From positions 202,455 to 266,454 of the forward strand of contig OZ246403.1 in assembly GCA_965230925.1 (NCBI GenBank): a DNA stretch of 64,000 nt, read 5' to 3'. How positions within the stretch are numbered: position 1 is the first letter of the stretch; each line of letters starts with the position of its first letter. The notes below the pieces were generated by a model that was given only the letters and a program-made list of their open reading frames with translations, did not search any database and was not told the DNA's origin. The position numbers and the translations under genes are program-made. Shown here in pieces: positions 1-9,602 of the stretch. The stretch comes from an uncultured Candidatus Saccharibacteria bacterium (GTDB taxonomy: Bacteria > Patescibacteriota > Minisyncoccia > Phycocordibacterales > JACOZG01).

Positions 1-879
1 CGAAGCAATGGAAACGAACTCGGTTTTTTGTTTATCCAATTCTTTCAACTTCTCATTCGCCACCCAAAACTTGTCATTAGAAACCTGAAGCTCCGAAGCC
101 AAATTTTCGATCTTTTCTCGTTGAATTACTTCCTTTTTTAGCTGTCTGCCCCACATTTTGATGATAACAAAAAACAAAAGCAAAATTATGATGATCAGAA
201 ATAGGATAAAACTTAAAAACGGATACAGTGTCTGTCCGGTAATAGCAAAGAAATTGTCAGCCTTCATATCAAGGGCCAAGACGGCGATCGTTTCCCCGTT
301 TCTTAAAATGGGAGCGTACCCTGTAATAACCCTACCGAATGAATCCTCGTATAAATCTTTACTGGTGGTTGGACCAACATCATAAGCTCTAAAGGTTCCT
401 TCAGGAGGATCTTCATAATCCTGCCCTGGCCACTGCAAATAGTCTGGCCCATCAGGTTCAATCTTCCCATCCCTGTTTGCGTCTACGTCATTTGAAGGAT
501 CATAATCGTTATTGGCATAAGGATAAATTGAGTGGGAATCAGCAACAAACTCCATCTGTAATGGATCAATCAATTTTTTCCTAAAAACATAAGAAAAAAG
601 GATGTCCTCATCACTCTTCTCAATTGCTAATAACTGATTAACTACTCTTCCCCATTCTGGTTTCTGCCAGTCTGACTCTATTCGTAACTCCTCAATGTCC
701 CTTGGATCAAAAGAGGGAACGGCAATTTTGGCCATACTTTCAATGCGCTGGCGCAAGTTCGCGGTCAAAAGATTTACCGTATGTTGATAAAGAAGAACAG
801 AAATGGCCACAACAACGGCCATACCAATCACGATAACCAACCAGGCAAAAAGATTGGTTGTTCTTTTTCGAAAATACAT
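1..879 (-). CDS. Sensor histidine kinase, 5' part; continues beyond the window start
   Basis: Own translation of minus strand from ATG at 879: MYFRKRTTNLFAWLVIVIGMAVVV (TM1), ~180-aa extracytoplasmic domain, TM2 (FLSFILFLIIIILLLFFVII), coiled coil, then HisKA-like ELDKQKTEFVSIAS at window edge. Absent from ORF track because it is open at the edge. Confidence 0.6.
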   Translation of the reverse strand, partial: MYFRKRTTNLFAWLVIVIGMAVVVAISVLLYQHTVNLLTANLRQRIESMAKIAVPSFDPRDIEELRIESDWQKPEWGRVVNQLLAIEKSDEDILFSYVFRKKLIDPLQMEFVADSHSIYPYANNDYDPSNDVDANRDGKIEPDGPDYLQWPGQDYEDPPEGTFRAYDVGPTTSKDLYEDSFGRVITGYAPILRNGETIAVLALDMKADNFFAITGQTLYPFLSFILFLIIIILLLFFVIIKMWGRQLKKEVIQREKIENLASELQVSNDKFWVANEKLKELDKQKTEFVSIAS

Positions 880-894
880 TAGCTATATAATAAC

Positions 895-2697
895 CTACAC
901 ATCAAGAAGCTCGCAAATTTTATGGCGATCTGCGTCCAAAATAAATTGAGGCAACCTTGGCCCAGAATCTTTATCAAAAAGAAGTTGGTATAAATTACGG
1001 AAAAATTTTAATTGTCTTTCTCCGTTCTCACCCATAGAAAACTCCTTTTTCTTAGGAATGGAGTAAAGGTGCGTTACAAAATCATCCAGCTTAATCTCTT
1101 TTTGCTCCATTAAAAACATTCTCAGTGCCTGCACTTGTTCTCGATCTTCTTGTTGTAATCTCGAAATTACTTCTGCGTTTGGATATTCCAACAAAGAAAA
1201 AAGTTGCTTCGGTGATAACTCAACGTAACGAGACTTAGTATTATCGACACCTGAAGAGTCCAAATAAGTTTTACCGAAATGAGGACTTGTTGGCTCATCA
1301 ACTGAACGAAGTTTAAGACCCATAAGCTTGGGGATGTTCTTTGTTTCAACGTGATCCATTTTAATTAATTTCTCCTGACTCTCCTTAACTTTCCCAGAAT
1401 CTATTATTGGTTTTACTAAATATTTAAAAATATCCCGCTGAGGACAAGTGGGCTGGGGAACAACTTCACCGTTGAGGCTCACGTTTGAAGCACCATAACC
1501 ATAACCACCATAAGGCTGGGTCCCACGTTCAATCCCTCTTTCGTGTAGATGAATGTTGTGAAGAAAAGTATCTTCTCTGTGTAAAATTTTACCGTTAATC
1601 GTTTTACCGACCAGGCTCTTAACATATTTGCTGTCTCCATACAAAGTTACGTACATGGCATTCCTGGAATAATGCTGATTTTCAAAGTACGAGGATAAAT
1701 CCGAGTCTTGTTCATACTTTTGCAAAAAGACGATGGGAGCAAACACTTCTGCAAAATTTCCACCCTCTTTGAGTGGTTTACAAATAATTGTTGGTTCAAC
1801 AATTGCTTCTGCGGTACGAATTATTCCCCCGGTAGCACTGTCGACCCAATCACGGTTCTCAACCAACAAAGCCTGAATCCTAACTAGATCATTCGGTTCA
1901 CTAATGGGTCCAGCCACGCAAGAAACATCCCTGTAGGGACCAATCTTTACTTTTGCCAGTTCAACACGAAGAAGGCTCAAAAACTCCTCATAAACGTCTT
2001 GGTGCACGAGAATAGAGTTTGGGGCAGCACAATCTTGGCCTTGGTTATACAGTTGAAGTTTGAGTGTCGCCTCAACAGCCTTTGCAATATCAGCATTCGC
2101 CGCGACCACAAGCGGGTTGTGCCCTGAACCATTCGTAATAAACAATGTTCTTGAATCGAAAATTGATCGGAGTTTTTCCGCGTGATGAGATGTGCCTGTG
2201 AAAATAACCGCGCTAGTAGCAGGCAAATTTTCTCTAGTAAGCGGATTCACCAGCAAAGCCGTCCTTTCCTTTAGGAAATCTAATCTTTCCTTTTTTGAGA
2301 CAACAATATTGGGAAAAAATTCATCAAACTTAAGAATCTGAAGTAATTTAGGAAAAAAACTACGAGTACAATGAGGAATGCGAAAATGAACCTTCTGTGA
2401 CATCAATGACGGCACAACAACAAAACAAGAAAAAGCATAGAGAGGTTGATTCCTGGGTAAAAAAGCGGCAACATCACTGATCCTCAAAACAAAATATTCT
2501 TTATTTTCATGAAGGCTTCTAAAAAGATCTAAAGTTCTCTCATATTCATCTTTTACCACTTCAAAACTCTCGTATTCCAGAAGAACGTCTTTAATTTCCT
2601 CAAAGTTGGCTTCAATATGGTCAGCGAAGTCCAGGGCTATTTTATTTATAGAGGAGAAATCAAGCGACCCCATAAATAACCCGGGAATTTCTTTCAT
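895..2697 (-). CDS. Aldehyde dehydrogenase superfamily protein with ~100-aa N-terminal and ~130-aa C-terminal extensions
   Basis: ALDH catalytic motif LYNQGQDCAAPNSILV (FxNxGQxCxA), FTGT, EVFAPIVF (EEIFGPV-like); 600 aa is longer than canonical ALDH. Confidence 0.6.
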   Translation of the reverse strand: MKEIPGLFMGSLDFSSINKIALDFADHIEANFEEIKDVLLEYESFEVVKDEYERTLDLFRSLHENKEYFVLRISDVAAFLPRNQPLYAFSCFVVVPSLMSQKVHFRIPHCTRSFFPKLLQILKFDEFFPNIVVSKKERLDFLKERTALLVNPLTRENLPATSAVIFTGTSHHAEKLRSIFDSRTLFITNGSGHNPLVVAANADIAKAVEATLKLQLYNQGQDCAAPNSILVHQDVYEEFLSLLRVELAKVKIGPYRDVSCVAGPISEPNDLVRIQALLVENRDWVDSATGGIIRTAEAIVEPTIICKPLKEGGNFAEVFAPIVFLQKYEQDSDLSSYFENQHYSRNAMYVTLYGDSKYVKSLVGKTINGKILHREDTFLHNIHLHERGIERGTQPYGGYGYGASNVSLNGEVVPQPTCPQRDIFKYLVKPIIDSGKVKESQEKLIKMDHVETKNIPKLMGLKLRSVDEPTSPHFGKTYLDSSGVDNTKSRYVELSPKQLFSLLEYPNAEVISRLQQEDREQVQALRMFLMEQKEIKLDDFVTHLYSIPKKKEFSMGENGERQLKFFRNLYQLLFDKDSGPRLPQFILDADRHKICELLDV

Positions 2698-2699
2698 GA

Positions 2700-3044
2700 C
2701 TATTTAGTAAAATGTGGCGAGAAAAGAACAAGCAAGACTCCGAAAAAAGTGAGAATCATACCAATATACTGCGGGACTAATATTTTATCTGATTCTTTAA
2801 AGAAAAATAAACCTACTGCTACAGATCCAACAATCAACAAAGAATCAACTAAGCTGGAGGCAATAGCCATTCCAACCCTAGAAGTGGCCAAACCGTAAGT
2901 GATAAAAACAATAGGAGAAATCAAAATTACTAACAAAAACCAAATCGAAAACCGGCTATCTTGCCTAGCCCAGATGGCGCTCACTGAATTTGCCAAAACC
3001 GCAACAACAACAGCAACAATAATATATAAAAAATTCCGCATCAC
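2700..3044 (-). CDS. Small 4-TM membrane protein (SMR/DMT-like)
   Basis: 114 aa, four hydrophobic helices; 2-nt gap to upstream ALDH-like gene (likely co-transcribed). Confidence 0.45.
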   Translation of the reverse strand: MMRNFLYIIVAVVVAVLANSVSAIWARQDSRFSIWFLLVILISPIVFITYGLATSRVGMAIASSLVDSLLIVGSVAVGLFFFKESDKILVPQYIGMILTFFGVLLVLFSPHFTK

Positions 3045-3135
3045 GTTATCTTAATTTCAACCTTTACAAAAGAAATTCGCTACCGCCTGATAATATATCA
3101 AGCCTAAAAGTTATACACAAGCGGGATCGGGGGTA

Positions 3136-3405
3136 ATGGACTATACTTGGGCATTATTAGCTAATATAATAAAAATGAAGCTACACTGTATTGCGTTCAT
3201 TTTGCTGGTTATTGGTGGTTTAAATTGGTTGTTAATGGGACTCTTTGATTGGGGTATTGGAAACCTTTTCGCCTCCGAGAGCATAATCCCAAAAATTATC
3301 TACATTATCGTTGGTCTCTCTGCCGTGTATACAATTGTTACTCACAAGAAGACCTGCAAAATGTGTGATAAGGGTGGCGCGCCCTCAATGGGCATGGGTC
3401 AATAG
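3136..3405 (+). CDS. DUF378-family small membrane protein
   Basis: GGLNWLLMGLFDWGIGNLF motif typical of DUF378; 89 aa, 2 TM. Confidence 0.55.
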   Translation: MDYTWALLANIIKMKLHCIAFILLVIGGLNWLLMGLFDWGIGNLFASESIIPKIIYIIVGLSAVYTIVTHKKTCKMCDKGGAPSMGMGQ

Positions 3406-3424
3406 TCTTAACTTAATTCTCACA

Positions 3425-3455
3425 AAAAACCCGCCTTAACGGCGGGTTTTTTGTT
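3425..3455. terminator. Bidirectional rho-independent terminator between convergent genes
   Basis: aaaaaCCCGCCttaacGGCGGGtttttt: GC stem flanked by A-run and T-run. Confidence 0.7.
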
Positions 3456-3473
3456 CTTATCGGTTAAAAATAA

Positions 3474-3980
3474 TTAACCTTTAACCTCAAACTGAGGCAA
3501 ACCAGAAGCGCTGCGGAGCAAGTTCATCTTGAAGACAATAAGTTTCATCAAGAAATCAAGAATTTGCTGGCGAAGCTCAGGGGAAATCGTGTCCATCGTA
3601 ACAACCTCTTGATTATTCTGGTTGTTACGATTCCGATTGCCGCCACCACCTCCCCCACCACCGCAATTGCTGGTGCAACCTTGGTCAGGGTTATTGTTAC
3701 CGCCACCATCATTATCACCAGGATTATCTGGAGTATTGGGGTTCTTGTTGATAGGACCACCAGGGTAGTCGGTAATCCGACGAGACGGACGACCAATATC
3801 GTTTACTGGTCGGTTGCCATCTTCCACCTTAGGTGTGTCACCCCGAGGGCTATCACCACCAGGGGCAACATTTACGTTGTCGCTAGGGGTGCTTGGCGTC
3901 GGAGTTAAAGAATCAGCGAAAGCGAGCGGCGCAAGAGCAACGTTCGCAATCACCAAAGCCATAGCAATAAATTTATTCAT
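3474..3980 (-). CDS. Secreted low-complexity Gly/Asn/Pro-rich protein
   Basis: Signal peptide MNKFIAMALVIANVALAPLAFA; GGGGGGGGNRNRNNQNNQ tract; amphipathic C-terminus. Overlapping ORFs at 3548-3999 are antisense artefacts of the low-complexity region. Confidence 0.5.
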   Translation of the reverse strand: MNKFIAMALVIANVALAPLAFADSLTPTPSTPSDNVNVAPGGDSPRGDTPKVEDGNRPVNDIGRPSRRITDYPGGPINKNPNTPDNPGDNDGGGNNNPDQGCTSNCGGGGGGGGNRNRNNQNNQEVVTMDTISPELRQQILDFLMKLIVFKMNLLRSASGLPQFEVKG

Positions 3981-4111
3981 TGTTTTATTCTTTTGCTAAT
4001 AAACCGCTCTGCTTAGCCGTAATCCGGCCAGGTAACAGAACAGCGTTATACTATCATGATTGTGGTAAATCGTCAATAGCCAGACGCTGCTTATCGGCTA
4101 TACTAGGCGCC

Positions 4112-4714
4112 ATGTTCGACCTCGTCAACCTTATTAGCACCGCGGGCTATCTTGGCCTCTTCCTCATCATCTTCGCCGAGTCGGGACTCTTCTTTGGCTT
4201 CTTTTTGCCTGGAGACAGCCTCCTCTTCACGGCCGGCTTTTTATCTTCTCAAGAAATTTTAAACATCTGGCTTCTCGTTCCCCTACTTTTTATTGCTGCG
4301 GTTCTCGGCGACAGTGTGGGTTACTGGTTCGGAAAAAAAGTGGGGCCAAAAATTTTTACTCGACCTGAATCGCGTTTCTTTAAGCCAGCACATGTGGTGA
4401 AGGCTCACGCCTTTTTCTTAAAATATGGCAATAAGGCCATTGTTCTGGCTCGATTTGTCCCGATCGTCCGCACCTTCATTCCCATTGTCGCCGGCGTGGG
4501 ATCTATGCCCTACCGCAATTTCATTACTTACAATATCCTCGGCGGTCTTATCTGGGCTCCCGGCCTCACCCTCCTTGGTTATATTCTTGGCGCCCAGATC
4601 CCAGAAGCTGAGAAATATCTCCACGTAATTATTGGAGTTATTGTCTTGATTTCTTTCGTTCCAATTTTAATCGAACACCAACGAGCCAAAAAGCTTAGTC
4701 AAAAAACTCAATGA
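4112..4714 (+). CDS. DedA/VTT-domain membrane protein
   Basis: ATG at 4112 (MFDLVNLIST...) chosen over upstream extension; FAESGLFFGFFLPGDSLLFTAGFL and ARFVPIVRTFIPIVAGV are DedA signatures. Confidence 0.7.
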   Translation: MFDLVNLISTAGYLGLFLIIFAESGLFFGFFLPGDSLLFTAGFLSSQEILNIWLLVPLLFIAAVLGDSVGYWFGKKVGPKIFTRPESRFFKPAHVVKAHAFFLKYGNKAIVLARFVPIVRTFIPIVAGVGSMPYRNFITYNILGGLIWAPGLTLLGYILGAQIPEAEKYLHVIIGVIVLISFVPILIEHQRAKKLSQKTQ

Positions 4715-5582
4715 GATACTTGTCAATCTCCCGCTGGTCGAGGTCATAAAAGTTTTTATTGTCACGATGGAGATCACGCGCCAAGTCGCGGCCAACGAAG
4801 CGCCAATGCCATGGTTCAAATTGGTAATAAGTATTGCCCGGTGGATAAGAGAGAACGAAGCCGAAGCGATAGGCATTCTCTTGTAGCCACTTATACGCCT
4901 CCGTGCTCTGGAAACCATCAAGTGCTCCAGCCATCTGAGGTGTGTTGAGATCCACTGTCGTCCCGAGTTGATGTTCCGAGTAACCCTGATCGGCTGAAAA
5001 GGCGTTGGCGCCCGAGCCGTAAATAACTTTATACTGAGCCTTGAGCGCTGTCTGAGTTCCGAAGTCGCGATAGGCCGAAAGAACGCGAATCTCCACGCCA
5101 TCGTCGTGCGCTTCCTCGAGCAAGTCTTCGAGTCGTCGCCAGACTTTAGTTTGAACTTGTTGCGGCTTGGCCGCCACGGCGAGCCACTCAGCAGGAACTT
5201 CTTTAAGTTGAGCGGGGGTGTAATGCTCGTTTAAGAAAAAAACCTTAGAATACTTTTGCAAAAGTTGCGGATCGAGCTTAGCAAGTTTTTCAAATTCATC
5301 TACCTTGTCGTCGAGATCCTCATTGCGCTGTTCAAGCTCTCGCGCTCGCTGCTGCTCGCTCGTCAGATTACTCACCAGTTCATCGCGCTCCCCCGTTACC
5401 GCGGCCAGCTCGGTCTTAATCTCATCAATTCTAGTTTGGAAGGCCGCCGTACTTGAGGCAAACTCGGCTTGGACCATGGTGATTTTCTCCTCATATTGCT
5501 GTCGGCCATACACCAAAACGCCGCCAAGACCGAGAATAATCAGCACCAAAAGAGTATAAATTATGATGGCTTTATAAGTCAT
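4695..5582 (-). CDS. VanY-like D-Ala-D-Ala carboxypeptidase (peptidase M15B) with N-terminal TM and coiled coil
   Basis: SEHQLGTTVDL (SxHxxGxAxD) and C-terminal WHWRF motifs; TM anchor; coiled-coil linker. Confidence 0.6.
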   Translation of the reverse strand: MTYKAIIIYTLLVLIILGLGGVLVYGRQQYEEKITMVQAEFASSTAAFQTRIDEIKTELAAVTGERDELVSNLTSEQQRARELEQRNEDLDDKVDEFEKLAKLDPQLLQKYSKVFFLNEHYTPAQLKEVPAEWLAVAAKPQQVQTKVWRRLEDLLEEAHDDGVEIRVLSAYRDFGTQTALKAQYKVIYGSGANAFSADQGYSEHQLGTTVDLNTPQMAGALDGFQSTEAYKWLQENAYRFGFVLSYPPGNTYYQFEPWHWRFVGRDLARDLHRDNKNFYDLDQREIDKYLIEFFD

Positions 5583-5635
5583 CTAGTACGGGTTAAAATA
5601 GCATAATTCAGATGGAATTTCTATAATGTGAGGGT

Positions 5636-6154
5636 ATGCAAACAGCAATCTTTGGCGGTGGATGCTTCTGGTGCACCGAGGCGGTGTTTAAGATCTTGCG
5701 CGGGGTAAAAACGGTGATACCAGGCTATGCGGGCGGTAATGTCGACAACCCAACTTATCACCAAGTGAGCGCTGGCGTGACCGGTCACGCTGAAGTAATT
5801 AAAATTGAGTTTGATCCGACGGAAATTAGTTACGAGAATTTACTCACCGTTTTCTTTGCTTCGCACGACCCCACCACAGTCAATCGCCAAGGTAATGATG
5901 TCGGCACGCAATATCGCTCGATAATTCTCTACACAAGCGAGGAACAAAAAAGTGTGGCTGAAAAATTAATTAAAGAGCTCGGCGCTGTGACGGAACTTAA
6001 ACCATTTGAGAAATTTTACGAAGCCGAAGATTATCATCGCGATTATTATGCAAGCAATCCCGGTAATCAATATTGCGAAATAGTGATTAATCCAAAGTTA
6101 GAAAAGGTTCAAGCGAAGTTCGCCGAATTATTAAAAACTCACGAGATAAAATGA
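5636..6154 (+). CDS. msrA: Peptide methionine-S-sulfoxide reductase MsrA
   Basis: GGGCFWC active-site motif at N-terminus; 172 aa. Confidence 0.9.
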   Translation: MQTAIFGGGCFWCTEAVFKILRGVKTVIPGYAGGNVDNPTYHQVSAGVTGHAEVIKIEFDPTEISYENLLTVFFASHDPTTVNRQGNDVGTQYRSIILYTSEEQKSVAEKLIKELGAVTELKPFEKFYEAEDYHRDYYASNPGNQYCEIVINPKLEKVQAKFAELLKTHEIK

Positions 6155-6510
6155 AAAAACTAACTCCTGAACAAGAGCGCGTGATGCGCGAAGGTGGCAC
6201 CGAAGCACCCTTTTCTGGTGCGCTGTTGCACGAGAAGCGCGAGGGTACATACAAGTGCGCAGCCTGCGAAAACCCTTTGTTTGCTTCTGACACCAAGTTC
6301 GACTCCGGCACCGGTTGGCCGAGCTTCGACCAAGCCTTACCCGACGCTGTTAAACTCACTGAAGATAATTCTCACGGTATGACGAGAACCGAAGTCACTT
6401 GCGCCCAGTGTGGCTCTCATTTAGGTCACATCTTCCCAGACGGTCCTACCGCCACCGGCAAACGCTATTGCATGAACTCGGTGTGTTTAGAGTTGGAAGA
6501 AAAGAAATAA
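6151..6510 (+). CDS. msrB: Peptide methionine-R-sulfoxide reductase MsrB
   Basis: CxxC...CxxC zinc site plus RYCMNS catalytic motif; start overlaps msrA stop (ATGA). Confidence 0.9.
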   Translation: MKKLTPEQERVMREGGTEAPFSGALLHEKREGTYKCAACENPLFASDTKFDSGTGWPSFDQALPDAVKLTEDNSHGMTRTEVTCAQCGSHLGHIFPDGPTATGKRYCMNSVCLELEEKK

Positions 6511-6512
6511 AG

Positions 6513-6550
6513 AGCGCCCGACTTGTTTTTCGAAAAACAAGTCGGGCGCT
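6513..6550. terminator. 38-bp perfect palindrome (18-bp stem, 2-nt loop) between convergent genes; probable bidirectional terminator
   Basis: AGCGCCCGACTTGTTTTTcgAAAAACAAGTCGGGCGCT read directly from sequence. Confidence 0.6.
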
Positions 6551-6573
6551 ATATCAACCATAGAGTCTGAGTT

Positions 6574-7386
6574 TCAGGTCCACACAAGAGAGAAACAAGC
6601 CCCAATCCGAAAACAAGAAGCAGTAACTATCTCTTGTCTCAAAGCCATTCCAGCACCATCGAAAGAACCGAGAAGAACAATGCCACGAGGAGGCAACAGT
6701 TCCTGAGTCCACATAAAACGGGTGGGAAAGAGCTTCTCTCCACTGATTACCTCGTGCCGTACGATACGATCAAACAACACCACCGGTGGCTCGCGAAAAA
6801 GCTGATTAACCTTGAGAGCAACCGCCCTTTTCGCGCCCTCGCTCCGATCAGTATAGATGAAACTTCTCAGTTCATGATATTGCTCCTTAAATTCTGTGAT
6901 TGCCTCTTGGACTGTTGGCGACAAAAGCTCCGGCCAAAACTCCTTGGCGTGCTCGACGAGAGTTCCTGTTTGTTCAACGTAATTTTCCCCGAAACAATGT
7001 TCGATGGGTGCTCGACTGAAAAAGCTCCATTCGAGCGCTGATGCAGCAGCTTCGGTGAAAAAGCTCATATGCATCAACGGCCCAGATTGCTCCAGCAAAC
7101 GGCCGTCACCCTTCCGATTTTTCCCTTTTCGAATTGCGTTGATCCGCTCCATGGTGATCAAACGACTTTCAGCACACCTTGGGATCCGGAGCATCAAACC
7201 GTGATGCCGATCGTATGCCGCCCTAATAACCTCCTTGGGCGGTAGGGGCGGCAATTGATCAGCCGGCACCTTGAAACCATAGGTAAGCTCTATTGATTGT
7301 GGTCCAAGGAAACTTGTCGGTTCCTCCAGAATCTCCGTCGCCTCTTCAAGCGTCGCGGGTTGCCCGGCTGCGATTAGTCCGGCCAT
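6574..7386 (-). CDS. Hypothetical protein
   Basis: ATG at 7386 preceded by GGAGAATAAG; no recognisable motif. Confidence 0.4.
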   Translation of the reverse strand: MAGLIAAGQPATLEEATEILEEPTSFLGPQSIELTYGFKVPADQLPPLPPKEVIRAAYDRHHGLMLRIPRCAESRLITMERINAIRKGKNRKGDGRLLEQSGPLMHMSFFTEAAASALEWSFFSRAPIEHCFGENYVEQTGTLVEHAKEFWPELLSPTVQEAITEFKEQYHELRSFIYTDRSEGAKRAVALKVNQLFREPPVVLFDRIVRHEVISGEKLFPTRFMWTQELLPPRGIVLLGSFDGAGMALRQEIVTASCFRIGACFSLVWT

Positions 7387-7478
7387 CTTATTCTCCTTCA
7401 AAAAAGTCCCTGAAAATCAACCTCCCTGATTGACGAGGTTCGCCTCTCTCAGGATATTAGTAAACCGAAACCCTTGCG

Positions 7479-8228
7479 TCAATTCCCTTTCTTAAACCCA
7501 GCGAAGGCCTTCATAATTTCTAAGGGAACAGTAAAGACCACGGTATTGGATTGATCAGAAGAAATGTCGTTGATCGATTGGAGCGTGCGCAAGTGTAAGG
7601 CACCATCAACGGCTCCGAGAATACTCGCGGCTTCGGCCATGTTCTTGGCCGCGGCAAGCTCACCTTCAGAATTAATGATCACCGCCCGCTTCTCGCGCTC
7701 AGCTTCGGCCTGCTTGGCGATCGTCCGCTCCATCGCCTCCGGCAATCGAATGTCTTTAAGCTCCACATTAATCACCTCAAGGCCCCAAGCATCGGTCTCC
7801 TTCTCCACAATTTGCTTAATCCGCTCGGCAATGCGCTCGCGACCGGCGAGAAGTTCATCGAGAGTCACTTCACCCACAATGTTGCGCATCGTCGTCTGGG
7901 CGTATTGAGAAATGGCGTAATAAAAATCTTCAACTTCGATAATCGCCTTCTCGGCCGACGACACCTTGTAGTAAATAACGGCGTTCACGGTGACCGACAC
8001 ATTGTCGCGCGTAATCGCATTCTGATCCGGCACGTCCACCGCCTTGACCCGAATATCTACCTTCCGATAAGTTTGGAAAACGGGAATCACCAAGCGCCAG
8101 CCGGGCTCCATGATCTTGCTAAACTTCCCAATTGTAAACTTCACCCCACGCTGATATTGATTAATCTGACGGATGCTAATAAGCAAAATGAAAATAACCG
8201 CAATGACGATAAAAATGACTGTGTTCAT
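7479..8228 (-). CDS. SPFH/band-7 (stomatin/prohibitin-like) membrane protein
   Basis: N-terminal TM then SPFH core (RDNVSVTVNAVIYYKV..., coiled-coil AKQAEAEREKRA); ATG at 8228 chosen (track start is TTG). Confidence 0.75.
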   Translation of the reverse strand: MNTVIFIVIAVIFILLISIRQINQYQRGVKFTIGKFSKIMEPGWRLVIPVFQTYRKVDIRVKAVDVPDQNAITRDNVSVTVNAVIYYKVSSAEKAIIEVEDFYYAISQYAQTTMRNIVGEVTLDELLAGRERIAERIKQIVEKETDAWGLEVINVELKDIRLPEAMERTIAKQAEAEREKRAVIINSEGELAAAKNMAEAASILGAVDGALHLRTLQSINDISSDQSNTVVFTVPLEIMKAFAGFKKGN

Positions 8229-8343
8229 GTCATTTAATCTATCACAATTACAAAAAATTGACAAAAACAGGATACTCTGCTACCGTCTTGACCAGAAACG
8301 GAACCAAATATACGAAAGTGTTTAGATATATAGGAGGAACCCA

Positions 8344-8793
8344 GTGATTACTGAGACGGCAAAGATTTGTTCGCAAGACATGGAGGTCGGCGATGAATTC
8401 ATCTACCAATTCATTGTCACTTCCCCCCAAGTTCGCCTCTTCCTGCAAGCAGTTGCGGTAAACGGCGACGGTCATTATGAAAGTCACATTCTCGGGGAAG
8501 TGGCAGATAACCACGGACTGCTGGTGCCGCCCCACATGATTCCTGGCGTCTTGGCCAACCTGAACCTTGGCCACAAACGGCACGCCACACTCTCAAGCGT
8601 CGGCCACCGAATTGTCCACAATCATTTCATGAAGCCGGACAAACTCATGAAGGCGGTTGAAAGAATCATCAGCAAGAAACGGACGGGGGAAGGAAAAACA
8701 CAAATCCACAGCAGTACCAAGGTCTTTGATCGGGACAATAACCTGATCGCCGAGTACTCCACACACTTTCTTGTTCTGACGAGTCCGGAATAA
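8344..8793 (+). CDS. Hypothetical protein, possibly hotdog-fold (MaoC/thioesterase-like)
   Basis: GTG start 8 nt after AGGAGG; AVNGDGHYESHILGEV weakly resembles MaoC motif. Confidence 0.35.
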   Translation: MITETAKICSQDMEVGDEFIYQFIVTSPQVRLFLQAVAVNGDGHYESHILGEVADNHGLLVPPHMIPGVLANLNLGHKRHATLSSVGHRIVHNHFMKPDKLMKAVERIISKKRTGEGKTQIHSSTKVFDRDNNLIAEYSTHFLVLTSPE

Positions 8794-8873
8794 GAAAAAT
8801 CCAAACACAAATAGATAAGCCGCGCGGGTGTGACCTCGCGCGGCTTTCTCCTTTTTGAAATGGTGTTTGGTTA

Positions 8874-9482
8874 TTACCCGACAGGAATTTGGAGAGTGAG
8901 TCCCCCGCCCCAACCGGCCGGCTCCACGTCGGCGAGATTATCTTCTATGGTAAGAGGAAAGGCGTAATACACATCCCAACCCAGTCGCCACGGAGTCTTA
9001 CCGAGAAGTGGCGGGAGATCAACCTTGCCACCGAAGCCGGGCTTAGCGCCAAGGCCGATGAAGCTGTCGCCAAGAGTGGTCTTAAACAAGCCGACATAAG
9101 CTTCTACGTCATACTCACCATAATAAATCTCCAGACCTCCACGGAGATTCAAGAGTTGTGAGTCCTTGATGAGAGGATACTCAAGACCCGCCTCCGCCGC
9201 GAAAAAATGCCCCTGAACTTCAGCGCCAGGAAGCACCTTCTCGTTTGGCGCAAGTTCGAACCCACTCAACTGAGCATACCAAGTAACAGGTCGGTCGAGA
9301 CCCGTAGCCTCTACTTCGCCACCGAAGTTTAGTCCATAAATTGGGAGGACAAACTCTTTCTGCGCTCCATCATATTGACCTCTAATCTGCCGGGCTCCGC
9401 CGCCCACCTTTATCCGCTCCGCCGCACAACCCGTTATAGTTATTGCTCCCACCATCCCCATCACGCCCAACCGACTCAACAT
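8874..9482 (-). CDS. Putative lipoprotein with beta-rich amphipathic domain
   Basis: Lipobox ITITGC after signal; alternating hydrophobic pattern. Confidence 0.45.
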   Translation of the reverse strand: MLSRLGVMGMVGAITITGCAAERIKVGGGARQIRGQYDGAQKEFVLPIYGLNFGGEVEATGLDRPVTWYAQLSGFELAPNEKVLPGAEVQGHFFAAEAGLEYPLIKDSQLLNLRGGLEIYYGEYDVEAYVGLFKTTLGDSFIGLGAKPGFGGKVDLPPLLGKTPWRLGWDVYYAFPLTIEDNLADVEPAGWGGGLTLQIPVG

Positions 9483-9602
9483 TACATCATCACCTCCAAT
9501 TCTGGTTTAGAACAAACACCAAATATAAAGAACCACCGATTTCCTTAAAGTCTGCGCTTCTTGGGCTAAAGCGTCAAGAAAAGGCTTGAGAGTTAGTTTC
9601 CA

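Noticed and set aside
3548-3999. Three overlapping ORFs (3548-3796 minus, 3564-3908 plus, 3814-3999 plus)
   Set aside because: They lie inside or antisense to the Gly/Asn/Pro-rich secreted-protein gene. The low-complexity GC-rich repeat keeps several frames open, and none has an independent start signal.
8874-9482. Possible outer-membrane beta-barrel (MipA/OmpV-like) lipoprotein
   Set aside because: Alternating hydrophobicity is suggestive, but there is no terminal aromatic residue and cell-envelope type is unknown. Kept as a generic lipoprotein.
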